Source: Gnetum montanum (taxonomy: Eukaryota > Plantae > Gnetophyta). Taken from it: 64,000 nt of DNA. A program made the position numbers and the translations under genes. Below, in pieces: positions 24,760-37,100 of this stretch; positions within the stretch are counted from its first letter, which is position 1; each line of letters starts with the position of its first letter. The stretch spans positions 200,662 through 264,661 of the forward strand of contig MNCI01001921.1 of the NCBI GenBank assembly GCA_015680685.1. Reading direction: 5' to 3'. A model generated the notes under the pieces. That model was given only the letters and a program-made list of their open reading frames with translations. It was not told where the DNA came from and ran no database searches.

Positions 24760-27700
24760 ATTGCAAAAAATCAAATTTTTTCATCCAATAGAGCTCCATG
24801 GTTTGATGGCATAGATTGTTCATTATGGAAGTTTAAAATGAAGACTTATCTTCTAGCTCACAATGATGATTTCTCAAAGGAAGTTAGTAGGGGAACTAAT
24901 AATTCTATACCTGATGCTCATACTATGAATGTTTTGGCTTGCAACTTGAATAGAGCTATTTGTATGAAGATTATGCACCTTCAATCAGCTAAATAAAAGT
25001 CAAAGCATCTTCAAGAAATTTATGAAGGAGATAACAATGTGAAAAAGTCTAAGATGTAAAGTTAAAAGCATGTTTTAATGCTCTAAACATGGAAAAAAAT
25101 AAGAATATTATCATTTTCTTTAGCCAAATAGAAGAAGTTATGAGCAAGACGATAATGCTTCATCAAGCACAATCTGATGACATTATCTACTAGAAAATGT
25201 TGTCTTTTTTTTTTCCAAAAAATTTAAAGTAAAGGTTTCTTCCATAGAAGTCACAAAACATCTTTCCCAATTAGCACTATTTGGCTCTATAGTATTCTTT
25301 TAGCCTTTGAAATTTGGAAAGGTGGACTAAACTTTACAAGCAACAAGGAGAAAATCACCTTCAAAGTTGAAGCTAAAAAGAATAAAGACAAGAGAGAACC
25401 ATCAATGTCAAAATCTAGTTCTATTAAAGAAATTGCTAATCTGGCTTGAAAGCTCAAGAGGCTAAAAAGAATGAAGGCTAGTAAAAAATTAACAAAATCC
25501 TTTTCTTGTTATTATTATGGTGAAGGAGGTCATGATTACTGAGTGTCCAAAGAATAAGAAACATGAAGAAAATCAAAAAAATCATATGACCAATTTTAAG
25601 TCAAAGGGTAGTCAATAAAAGTTTGAAAAATTAAGAGCTTAATTAGTTTAATTATAATGTCAACTAGAACATATAGAAAATAGGGTAAAAATTAAGAATG
25701 TTGAAGAAAATTCTTTTGCTCATTTTGCTCATACTAAGATTATAATAGATGAGTATGATATTATTATACAAGATTTATTTTCATTTATAACCATGATTAA
25801 TGGTTATGATTTAGATGATGATTTTAAAAAAATTTTATATATTGACACTAATGAACAAGAAACTTCTAGCACATCTAAAACTGTAGATTTTATTTTAGAT
25901 GAAAACAGAATAAACTCATCAGATGTAACTGAAATTGAATATGAAGAACCTGATGTCATTGATATAGAAGGGCTAATGGATTAACTAGAGATGGTTGTTA
26001 AAGTAAATGAAAAGTTGAATATATTTTTAAAAGAGGAGGAGAAAGAAATCAAAATTTACAAGATAAAACTTGAATTAGCTGAATAAGAAAATTTGAAGCT
26101 AAAAGAGAAAAAGCTACTACTAAAGTAAGGCATGAAAGGTAATACTACTCAAGCCATATCAGATTTGTTTAAAAGGTTTATCCATAGCTTGAAATAGCTC
26201 AAAGATATCATCAACAATGATAACAAGAGGGGTCTTGGTTATGTGTTTGGTCCCTCAAGAAAGCTACCTTCAACAAAAATAAGGATGCACAAGATGGAAG
26301 TTCAAACATAGTCATAAGATGCCAACTTACACATAGGTAAGGAAATTCTTTCCACATCAAAAATTCCAATCATCAAGTATTTTCCAAAACTATTAGCCAA
26401 TTTCTTCCATGGATATTATTTGAAGTATGGAATTTTAGACCATAAAGTAAGAAAACGTAGGACAAATGATGTTTCTTGTTATGAATGTTTACATCATTTC
26501 CATGCTACTAAGCTCTTTCCAAGAAACATTAAAATAGGGCAAAAAGTTTGAAAACTAATCAACATGAGAGATTTTCTTGTATAATTAGCCTTAAAGATCT
26601 CTTACTACCTAGAGACATGATTTCTTAACAGTGGTTATTCTCAACACATGATCAGTGATAAATTAAAATTTATCATAGTTAAACCTTCAATGAAGAAATG
26701 GTGAGCTTCAGTGACAAAGGTAGAGCCATGGAAAAAGGTATAGGTTTAGTTAAAATTCATAATGATTTTTTAAAAGTTAGTAATGTTTATTTTGTTGATG
26801 GTTTACATTATAATTTGTTGAGCTTAGGAAAATTTTCAATAGTATTAGTTTCATGAATGAAAAATGTCAATTAGAAAAAAGAAAATAATTTTAAAGCTTA
26901 CATTACATGAGTTGGAAATAATTTGTATTTTATAAATAAGTATTGTAATGTCTAACTCTTATTTCTTAGATAAGTATTACTAGGTTATGGCATAAGAAAC
27001 TAGGACACTTAAGCTCAAGCAACATCCAAGCTCGCATCAAGGATTAAAGTGTAAGAGGCATTCCCCAAGTAAGTAAGATAGAAGAGATATGTTCTACATG
27101 GCAATATAGTCAACAAACTAGAGCTACTTTTAAATCCATAAATTCTCACTATAACAATAAACTTGAACTAAAATATAGTGAAGTCTATGAACCTTTTGAC
27201 ATACCTAGATTTGATGGAAACAAATATTTTTTCCTTATCATGGATGATTATACTAGAATGCCATGGCTAACATGCATTGAGAAAAAATTTGATATGTTCA
27301 AATGTTTCAAGGCATTTAAATGTATGGTTGAAATTGAAACAAGACTTAAAATCAAAGCTATGAGGACTAACAATGGGGGTAAGTTCACCTCAAATGAATT
27401 TTACTAGTATTAAAGAGATTTGATTATTAAGAGGCAATTCTCATAAGCCAGAACACCAATTGTAGAACAGAAAAATAAAACTATACTCAAAATGATCTGA
27501 TCAAAGATGAATGAGAAGAATGTACCAAAGTATCTACAGAGTAAGGTAGCCAGAACATCAATGTATATCATCAATAGATGTTTGGTAAGAGCCCATAACG
27601 GTAAGACTTCTTATCAAATGTGATATGATAAAATGGCTAATGTTCAATATTTCAAAATTTTTGGGAGCAAGTGTTATATTAAGAATTATGATAACATTCA

Positions 27701-29590
27701 CAAGCTTGATAGCTACTATGAGGATGGTTTTTTTGTTGGATATTTTAGTCATTCAAAAGCTTTTCATTATTTAAATTTGAAAACATTAAAAGTTGTTGAA
27801 ATACCTCATGTTAAGATTAATAAATTATTTGAAAAGACTAATATTGTGTTTGAGAAAGGTATGAATGTAGATGAAGAAGAGAATGATGATGCTATTTTGA
27901 CATTAGAACAAGTAGATGAGATTGAAGAAGAGTAGCCAACCTTAGTTGATGAGGAAGAAATAGAGTAAGAGACTATACCTGATGATGACCCAAGGGGAAT
28001 GCAAAGGTTTAGATCCATAGTAGATATCCTCAACTCATCTCTTAGGCAAAGGACAAGAAGGGACATGATTGAAACAATGGAGCTCTTACAAGTGAGGATT
28101 GAAAAAGTGCCATGGATGAAGAGATGGAATAGAATGTTAAGAAAAATACTTGGGAGCTAGTCCCATATCCAAAATAAGTTGATGTCATTGGAATCAAGTG
28201 GGTTTTTGCAAATAAATTGAATGAGAACAATTAAGTAACTCAAAATAAGGGAAGACTAGTAGTAAAAGGCTTTGCTCAAATTGAGAAACTTGATTGTCAA
28301 GATACATTTGCTCTAGTTACATGACTGGAATTAATTAGAATGCTTTTGGCTTTTGTAGCTTATCAAGGATTTAAGCTCTACCAAATGGATGTAAAATCAA
28401 TGTTTTTGAATGAAAAAATAACAGAGAAAATATATATTGAACAGTTAGAAGCATATATTGATGTTGAGAAACCAAACCATGTATATCAACTACACATGAT
28501 TTTATATAGTTTAAAACAAGCCCCTATAATGTTGCATGCTATGTTTGATTCATACATAGGCGAAAATGGGTATTTTAAAGCTCCTCTAGATAGTACTGTT
28601 TATATTAAAAAGGATAATGTAGGATTTTAAGTTGCTTAGATTTATGTTGATGACATAATGTTTGTAGGTACAATCTCAAGATTGAGCAAAGAATATATTA
28701 AAGCCATGAAAACTAAGTTTGAGATGTCTATGTTAGAAGAGCTATCTCATTTTCTTGGCCTACATATTCAACATTGTAGGGATGGGACTTTTATTTCTTA
28801 GATAAAGTATGTTTAACAAATGCTCATGCATTTTTGCATGATAGAAGCTAAAACTTGTGTGACTCTTCTCAGCACAAGTGTACATCTTTGCAAAGATAAA
28901 GATAAGAAGAATGTTGATGCTTCACTATATAGATTCATTATGGAAAGCTTGCATTATGCAATAGCTAGCAAGCTTGATATAGCTTTTGTAGTGGATCTCA
29001 TTTCTAGATATCAATCAAAGCCAAAAGAATCACACTTGGTTGCAACAAAAAGAATATTGCATTATTTGAAAGGCACAACTAGTCATAGGTTATGATACCC
29101 AAGCAATAGAGCTTTTGAATTACAAGCATTTACAGATGCAAATTGGATTGGAAATAAAGATTATTCAAATCCACCAGTGGAAACTGTCAATTTCTTGATG
29201 ATATGTTAGTATCATGGATAAGCAAGAAGCAAAACTCTATTGCATTATCATCGGAAAAAGTTGAATATGTTATAGCCTCACACTACTACATAGATTCTTT
29301 AGATGAGGAAAGTATTAAAAATTTTCAGTAGGATTTTTTAATCCAATAATTATTTATTTTGTTAATAATGTAGCTATTTCTATTTCTAAGAATATAGTTT
29401 TTCTCAGCAAAACTAAACATATTGAGATTAAATATCACTTTCTTCATGACCAAGTAGAACTACAAATAATAAAATTATCATATATTTCATCCAAAAATAG
29501 AAAGCACATATTTTTCCAAAGGCTTTGAACAAAGAGAGATTTCTTTATTTAAGAACATTATTGAGTGTGTCGGTTTTACCAAAATAGGCT
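24760..29590 (+). pseudogene. Copia gag-pol pseudogene
   Basis: APWFDG gag start; Zn knuckle ~25508; NKRGLGY 26222-26242; protease *FLNSGYSQHM ~26620; integrase MDDYTRM and MRTNNGGKF; RT YQMDVKSMFL and IYVDDI; RNase H FTDANW and SKTKHIEIKYHF. Confidence 0.92.
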
Positions 29591-29650
29591 TAAATTTCTT
29601 CTTTTCAATGCTATGTGTTTAGGAATCTTATATGAGATATCCAGTTATAT

Positions 29651-29793
29651 TAAAGGGGAAGTATGTTTTTTTAAAGCTTTTATGTCTATCTCTGTGCTTT
29701 CTTGTTGCTTATAGCTATATATTTTGTCTATATTTAGAGCTTGATTTGCTTAATATAAGGGGGATCTTTTATCTTTTTTGATAAAAAGGGGAG
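29651..29793 (+). promoter_or_regulatory. Cluster of three PPT-like motifs
   Basis: TAAAGGGGAAG (29651), TAAGGGGGA (29756) and AAAAAGGGGAG (29783) after RNase H. Confidence 0.7.
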
Positions 29794-30214
29794 TATATGC
29801 TATGATGGTTTTGTCAAAAAGTTTTTTATGGTTTTGTTAGAAAAATGTTTCTTATAAAGTGTNGAAAAGTTTTTTATGGTTTTGTTAGAAAAATGTTTCT
29901 TATAAAGTGTTTTATTCTCTATATATTTTAATGCTTGCAACATTTTTTAAACTATTTTTGTGTTTTTCGATGGTTGTGTTATTTTCATCTATTTCTACTC
30001 AAATGAGTTACAGTGTAGTCCTTATTACTTGACTGGGTGTCATGATGATGATCTCTCTGTTGTTATGAGCTTAATTTTTGTATTCTTACGTTATACTATA
30101 AGCCTATAGTGACTAACTTTTTACCTGCCGTGACTATTTACCTCCTTGCTTGTTTAAGATGTTTTCGCAAAAGACTTGATTTTGAAAGTATATTATGAGC
30201 TTGTCATCTCCTGG

Positions 30215-30278
30215 TTATGCATTGTGTTATTTATCCCTATTTCCCCTTATGCATTGTGTTATTTATCCCTATTTCCCC
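30215..30278. repeat. Perfect 32-bp tandem duplication
   Basis: TTATGCATTGTGTTATTTATCCCTATTTCCCC x2. Confidence 0.9.
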
Positions 30279-30539
30279 TTCTATTCTTGCTGTTAGTTTT
30301 TTTGTTACTTGAACTATGTTGATCTGTGCAATGATTTTGAGTGCATTTTTTTCCCCAGCCATTTCTATTTACTTGACTCTAAATGCTCCTTTATTTTTTT
30401 TTTGTTTTCATAAATTCACTCAATCTCAAAAACAAAGAGATTATTGGATGTTTTAAGCTTAATCGCAGGTTTGGTTGTGTAGGTTGAGTTTTGTTTTGGC
30501 AAGGTTCCATTGTAGTTTAGTTTCAATGCCCACGTCATT

Positions 30540-30960
30540 ACCACTTTCAATGAAATGTTCTTTCCATTTTCCAGGCTGTTTCTACTTATGCGTGATGTTG
30601 TTACCACGTTCTTCTTGAAACGTTATTTCATTTTTAATGGAAACTACGTCATTTCCATATTTAACGCACAATGTCATTTTCACGTTCTACTTTTCACATT
30701 TCTACTTTTAATGTGAAAAGTAGAAATGTATTTTCCATATTTCCACGTTTTCAAAACATCTTTTCAATGTTTTTCCTGTTGACATCCAACGTTATTTCTA
30801 CGTTTTACATTTAACGTGCAAGATTGTTTTCACGTGCAACCTAGTTTCTATATTTTCATGCAAACGTATTTTGCTCATCTCTACTTCCACATGTACAATA
30901 TGGTTTCCACTCTTAACATGCAATGTCGTTTCCACTTAGCTTTCACTTTTAACATTTAAC
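30540..30960 (+). repeat. Second copy of the copia U3 tandem array (retains CpG)
   Basis: Units such as TTTCACGTTCTACTTTT and TTTAACGTGCAA, homologous to 23360-23970. Confidence 0.75.
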
Positions 30961-31439
30961 ATGGCATGGTTTGTCATAAGAAGGCAAAGAAAAATCAGCA
31001 TTGTCTGTGGTGCAAGCAAGCAAAATAACGGGTGCACTGAATAAAATAGAATGACAGATTTCCTCCTCTACAAAGCTTTCAATACCTAAGGAATGTGGTA
31101 ACAAATTTTCAGTCTTCTCCAAAATTCCTTGAATGGATTGTCAATGGCTACATCTTCCTTCCTTTAATGTGTCAGTAACGGCTTAAAAATTTTGCTACAA
31201 ATTGTAGTTTGAATGTTCATCTCATTGTTCTGATTTTGCCCTTTTATGTGCATGAATTGGAATTTCTTCCCATGTTCTCTTCCTTTTCTCTCTTTTAAAC
31301 AATTATTAACCTTTGGTGTTTAGAAAAAGCAAAGTATTTATCTCTCTATGCTGAGAAAGTGATATTCCAAAGTGTTTCTCATTGTGTTGTGAAATTGCCG
31401 TAAGCCACAGTGCTTAGTGTGGATTGTAAGAGAAGCTCC

Positions 31440-32130
31440 TGAATGTAGGCCGGGTAATGTAGGCCTGATTAACCCCCTCCCTCTGAGTGCCTTCTGCCTA
31501 GTCCTGGAAACAGCAAATGCGGCCACATCACTGCACCATGGGTTTGAAGTTTCCGAACTGCACAGCCATGAATGCTCTGTTGGGGCATTCCATCGGGGGC
31601 AACGAGAGGCAGCAGAGCAGCAAGGAGGAGTCCATGGAAGGGTACTTCCATTCTGGAACACCACTTTCCATCGCCTGCTCCAGGTTATGTTGGCTGCTGC
31701 CTGCTACAGTGCTTGTGCTTGTGTCACCATGGCTACGGCCACCATTGTCAAGGCTAAGCCGAGCAAGGGCAACCATGAGTTTTCCATCTTTGATTGATGC
31801 TCTTGAAATGCTGTGGGATATTGATCTGTCTGATAAGAATGCAGCAGTTCATGTAATTAAGTGTTTTGACGATTTTATGTTCAGGTAAGTGATGGGCAGA
31901 TGGCTGCGGGTGATGGGAATCTATGCCAGGAGAGTTTGACATTCCATTGTTTCTGGGCGTCACTTGTGAGCTATGGCCCCTACCGTGGCCTAATCTTCAA
32001 GCAGAGCGGCCTCTTTGCTTTTCAGCAAATTTGTCACAGTGGCAGCCCAGCCCAGGAAGTCCAGCAGAGCGCTCTGATGATGAATATCTTCGGACGATTT
32101 TGATATGCATACCTTTATGCCAGTTTTGTT
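31440..32130. other. GC-rich coding-like island of unresolved origin (host exon pair on + or LINE RNase-H-like remnant on -)
   Basis: Abrupt rise to ~50% GC. On +, ORF 31517-31888 has TAG| before and AG|GTAAGT at its end. On -, one frame reads ALLDFLGWAA...ED*ATVGAI...LLA*I with stops explicable as CAG/CGA decay. Confidence 0.35.
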
Positions 32131-32263
32131 AATTGAAACGGTTTATTTATATCAACACGTGAAAATACCGATGTTTTAATCAAAATTCTCTTCCATGCTT
32201 TTTCTCTAATCAAGCATTGTTGCGTGGGTCATCAAACTCCAATGGCAAATCTTTGAAGCAGAG

Positions 32264-32467
32264 ACATTACAGACATATTGTTTCAGGGAGCGGGTTAGAT
32301 TCAAGATGGTGTGAAATGGTGGATAATGTATAAATATTATATATATAACTTGCTGAATGCATTACAGACACATTAATTCGGGGAGTGAGTTCAATTCAAG
32401 ATAGTGTGAAATGGTGGACAATGTAGAAATATCATACATATATACACACATAACTTGGGTTGAATGC
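32264..32467. repeat. Diverged ~100-bp tandem duplication
   Basis: CATTACAGACA...ATTCAAGAT(G/A)GTGTGAAATGGTGGA(T/C)AATGTA...TAACTTG..TGAATGC occurs twice. Confidence 0.8.
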
Positions 32468-33439
32468 TTTGCACTATGGCAACAAAAAGAATTGTGATGT
32501 TAAATTGAGAGTTGCAGCAATGTGCAAAGTGAAATTAGGAAGTATTTTTATTATGCCTTAACTACAATGTATATTCTTGCATGATGCATCATTGGCCATC
32601 ATGAAGGCTACTTAACCTTCAATCTCATTCAAAATGCTTACCATTGTTATATTTTCCATGTTAAAAATAAAATTATTTTTTATTTTATTTAGATAAGTGT
32701 TCTTGAGTCCCACCCCTGAGGTGTTAAAATGCAAGGTGGGATCAAGGGACATGTATGTATGGCTGATGATAGTCATCCAAATTGCATGAGCTGGCACAAT
32801 GAACATGCATGGTAGTTAAGGCACATTTGAGATACTTTTAATGAAATGATGCAGAGAATAAAGGAGTGGCAAGTGAGGGAGGGTACTGTGCAAGACTTTT
32901 CAAAAAGCACATTCTCAAATGGTTATAGATTCCCTTGGAAGGAAGACACAAATTTTAAATTTGATAAAATACAATTATGTATTAAGGGACAGAACACAAC
33001 ATCCATAGCTTTTGTCCTTCAAGCTTTCTACCTTTGTAATAGCATGATATTAGATGACTTGTTTTCAATTTTTATCCTATTTTATTTTTTGCATGGCACT
33101 TATTGTATCAAAATAACTCTATCAATATTGGTAATAAGTCCAAATACAAAAGGAGGATTAGCATCAAGTTGGTAGCCCACTATAAAACCTTGCCAAATCT
33201 CAAGGATGAATTAATTTTTAGATTTTGCTGATGATAGGGCACTTATTAGATGTAATGCAGAGCAATCACAAAGTTTTATTGGTGTGAAAAATGGGCAAGG
33301 GCTTTCTAGGGCCCAAATGTTATGAAAAGTAAACAAAAGTTCCTACATTAGGGATGGGTCTAGGTAAAAAATCAAGTCTATGGATAGAAATTTTGGATTG
33401 CAACTTGGAACATTTGTATTGCTACATCACTATTTCAAG

Positions 33440-33603
33440 AAAGTCACTCAAAGGAAGACCAAAGAAGACATGGAAAAAACAATTAAAAGTGATTTGATGA
33501 AACTATAAATCTAGCTCTTCATATAGATGAATGAAAAAAAAGAACTTGTGTAGCCGACCCTATTTTGTTGAGACAAGGCTTGAATAATGATGATGATGAT
33601 GAC
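33440..33603 (+). mobile_element. 3' end of RTE-clade LINE
   Basis: GRPKKTW...CVADP followed by GTAGCCGACCC...AAGGCTTG and a (GAT)n tail, the typical plant RTE 3' terminus. Confidence 0.8.
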
Positions 33604-34199
33604 TTATTCTTTCAAAATGTAACTTTAGCAAACCTTTAAATCTTAATTCTCTCTTGTATGTAACAATGGCAAGGGCATATACACTTGGGCATTCAAATGT
33701 ATTCATGTTCATATATTCTTTTACTAACTATGCCCTTTCTAGATATACATAAACTAGGATATTTTTGTTATCAATGTATTCATGGTCACATACTCTTTTA
33801 CTACTATGAACTTCCTAAATATATAAATTGAATATTCTAGTTCCAATCAAAGTTATGTGGTAGAGAAAGTAATTTAAAGTATTTATANGGTTCCAATCAA
33901 AGTTATGTGGTAGAGAAAGTAATTTAAAGTATTTATAATATATTATTTTTTTCTTTTTAAATTTTGTTTCTTTTTCCTTAATGAAGTGCAATTAATGTTC
34001 TTCCTTTTTAATAAATAAATTCATTTTATTTCCCAAAAAATTCAATTGCTAAGAAATTTATTTAAACTAGAATAAAGGTCAATTTGAAATATTTGAATAG
34101 ATTTGCAAGAAAATGTGTGCATTTAAAAATTCCATTGTTAGGAGTTGTTGTAATTATTATTAAAGAATCCTTAATGAAAAGACACATTGTAATTATAGA

Positions 34200-37100
34200 C
34201 ATGTCTCTTAAAGGACCTTTTGAAGGTTTGAATTGAGGTATTTATATCTATAAATTACACATCATTGTGGGATGAAGTTGTAGAATTGACAATGATGAAT
34301 AATGAGAGGTAGGTGAAGTAGAACAAGGAAGGGATTCATCTAGTTGAGTTTAAGCCTAATGGCGATAACAATGTTGGATTGTCACTAGGGGATAGATGCT
34401 AAAAGAAAAGGAAGATAGTCTTAGGTTAGAAAAAATCTGCTTAACTGTGCAATTGTTGAAATGATGAGCTACATTAATCATTTTTGTTCTTATTTAGTGC
34501 AATAATTTTGATTTGATGACATTAACTTCCAGTCCATTGCTAGCCCAGTAACTTAGGATATGATTTTATGAACAATAGCAGACTTTACTATTTTCCAATT
34601 TCAAGTATTTTTGAACTTTCCAGAGAATAAATTCAATCAATTAATCACAGAAGATTTTTCATGATATCATTGCAGTGCATTTTTAAACTTTAAACTTATC
34701 ATATTGTTGATACCTTAACTATGGATTTTTGTCTAAATGCTCATTTCAAATTGATTTCTTCCACTAGAAATTTAAACATAAAAGCCTTGTAACAAGATTA
34801 TCTTGAATGCCAGATTCAACCTCAAGGAAAAGGAATATTGATTGCCTATGTATCTATTAGAACTCAAAAGTCCAAAGATACTTAGAACTAAAAATGTAAT
34901 CCATCCCATACTCCCAATTAAAACTCCATGTAAATATAACAACCAAATTAAAAAGAGTAGTACTAAATGGATCATTTGCCTAAAAATTAGATAGGCAATG
35001 TTACTTATAGTCCTCAAGTGCATATCCTTTTATCCTTATATATTTTCTTCATATGCATTTATTTGATATTCCTACTCCATAAAATGACCAAAATGTGCCA
35101 ACATTTAATTTCCCCTCCTAAAATTTCTTTGAAATCCATGATGCTTAAAATTACTTACCAACTATATCAACATAAAAATAATCCTTTATTGAATATTTAT
35201 ACAGAAAATACAAATATTTCTTGAGGAAAACTTCCATCAAACTTAAGGTTTGATGAAATAAAAATGTCATTCCTAATAAAACTTAGGAAACTATACAAAC
35301 TCAATACCATACAAACTATTCTATGGGTGGGAAAAGAATAGTTAGAGTAACTCTTTTAGGAATTCTCATATCATAAACCATTTCATATTTAATTTTAGTT
35401 GTGATGAATGCCCTTCTTTTCTCTTCTTTCCTAGTTGAAGCCTCAACTTGATCTTCACCTTTATCTTTAACAACTACCTTTGCATCTTTTTCATCCAACT
35501 CTTTGGCTATTGATTTGTTGAGGTTCTTTACAACTAGTTGCTTTTATGTCTCAAGACATGAAAGCCTCTCCCTAAGAATCATATTTACTAGACTCTCCTT
35601 GATATTCTACGTTAGTGGTGCATTCATGAAAGTTCCCCCAAATACTGGAATATATAGAAAAACCACTAGTGAAAAATCTAAACTCATCTGAAAGAAAAAG
35701 TAAGAAAGGGATTTCACTAGATGCTCCATGGGTGGTTTCCTTACAATAGGCTCTCAATACATGCTATAGGAAACATCCCATAATATATGGGATAAAAGGC
35801 CTTCTTATTTCCTTCTTTCTAGGAACCATCTTTCTACCTCATACTATGACACTTCACTTGCTTTTTCACTTAAACCTTAAACTAAGAAATGATGCATTTC
35901 CAAACAATTCACATATCTTTATATAGTGTAACATAAATTTGAAATTCCCACCAATTCTAGTAACCAACTTTGTCACTTAGCCAAAATTTATTTAATTTCT
36001 ATCATCATACAGTTGGCTAATTTAAATTCCACTATTTGGTTGTTCAAATTAATTCACCACTATGTAATTATCTAACCATCACTCCCACTTACACACATGA
36101 CAAATAATGATTACTTGAGATAATGTAAATTAAATAATTTCACTAACACTTTAAATTAAATATTATTTAAACTAGTACTCTCATGTATACATGTTTTAAT
36201 AATACTATATAGACTCATTTAAGCATATGTATAGGATATNTTAATTTATAAATATATAGTTTTAAGTTATGGAAAATTGCCCAAAGTAATGTTTTATGTA
36301 TAAAACATTAAACAAAAATTGTAATTCCATACCATCTAACATCAATAATTTGTACCTATCCTCCAATAATTGTTTCTTAATCATGGACCTATCCATAATA
36401 TCAAAAATTTATTTGGCTTCTTAATATTCCATCATAATACAAGATCACCAACTTTAAAATTTCTTTTTAGAGCCTTTCTATCAAACCACCTTTTCGCTTG
36501 AGAAGCATCCTTTAATAAATTGTCTTTAGCTTTATCCATTTCGGCTTCTCTTTTGATGAGCAAGGTCATGAAACTTCTATCTTTATCAATTTTCTCACTA
36601 TAATTTTGCACAAAATCTAAGGCAAAAATTATAATCTTATTCGTAATTCTAGAGAAAAAACCATAGACTAAGTTAGAAGTTGATGTTGCAATAGCCTTCT
36701 TAAATCTAATATGATTGCTCCATAATGCAGATTGCAAGTAATCAATCCAATTTCCTGGAATTCCATCCATCGACTTGTTAATGTAGAAAATAAGCTTTTT
36801 ATTTGTAGATTTAAACAAGCCATTCCCTTGAGGATAATAATTTGAGGAAGAAAATAGAAATATGGATTTTTCTGATGTTTATGTTATAAATTCTTTATAT
36901 TGAAAAACAAGTCCATTATCAGATGCCAATACTTCAAGTAGATCAAAGCAACTTCGAATCTCATCTTCTAATAATTTTATCACATTTGATGTTGAACCTT
37001 TCCTTAGAGCCTTTTCTTTAGACCATTTAGATGAGGCATATCTTTTTATCCTTATATATTTTGACATATCTATTGAGTTCATATTCCTGCTTCATAAAAT
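34200..37100 (-). mobile_element. Tat-like Ty3/gypsy remnant: integrase (~37050-36300) and possible downstream extra ORF (~35830-34250)
   Basis: SSNYYPQGNGLFKSTNKKLI...WIDYLQSALW...LVYG...FKVGDLVL (ORF 36432-36818) and SEVLASDNG. The downstream part is only tentatively assigned. Confidence 0.65.

Larger units (their letters stand above)
22950..31436 (+). mobile_element. SIRE-like Ty1/copia LTR retrotransposon, decayed (5' LTR ~22950-24688, gag-pol, multiple PPTs, partial LTR 30430-31436)
   Basis: PBS-Met; copia domain order protease-integrase-RT-RNase H; LTR-homologous blocks 23300-24430 and 30450-31436. Outer boundaries are uncertain. Confidence 0.8.

Noticed and set aside
29815-29910. Duplications around N29863, N33888 and N46129
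   Set aside because: Same scaffolding artefact pattern; not biological repeats.
30035-30075. C/D snoRNA (ATGATGA box)
   Set aside because: No suitably placed CTGA D box or terminal stem; it is a GAT microsatellite.
32600-33430. Possible L1 ORF1/endonuclease start (IATWNI near 33400)
   Set aside because: Only one short motif; too decayed to annotate.
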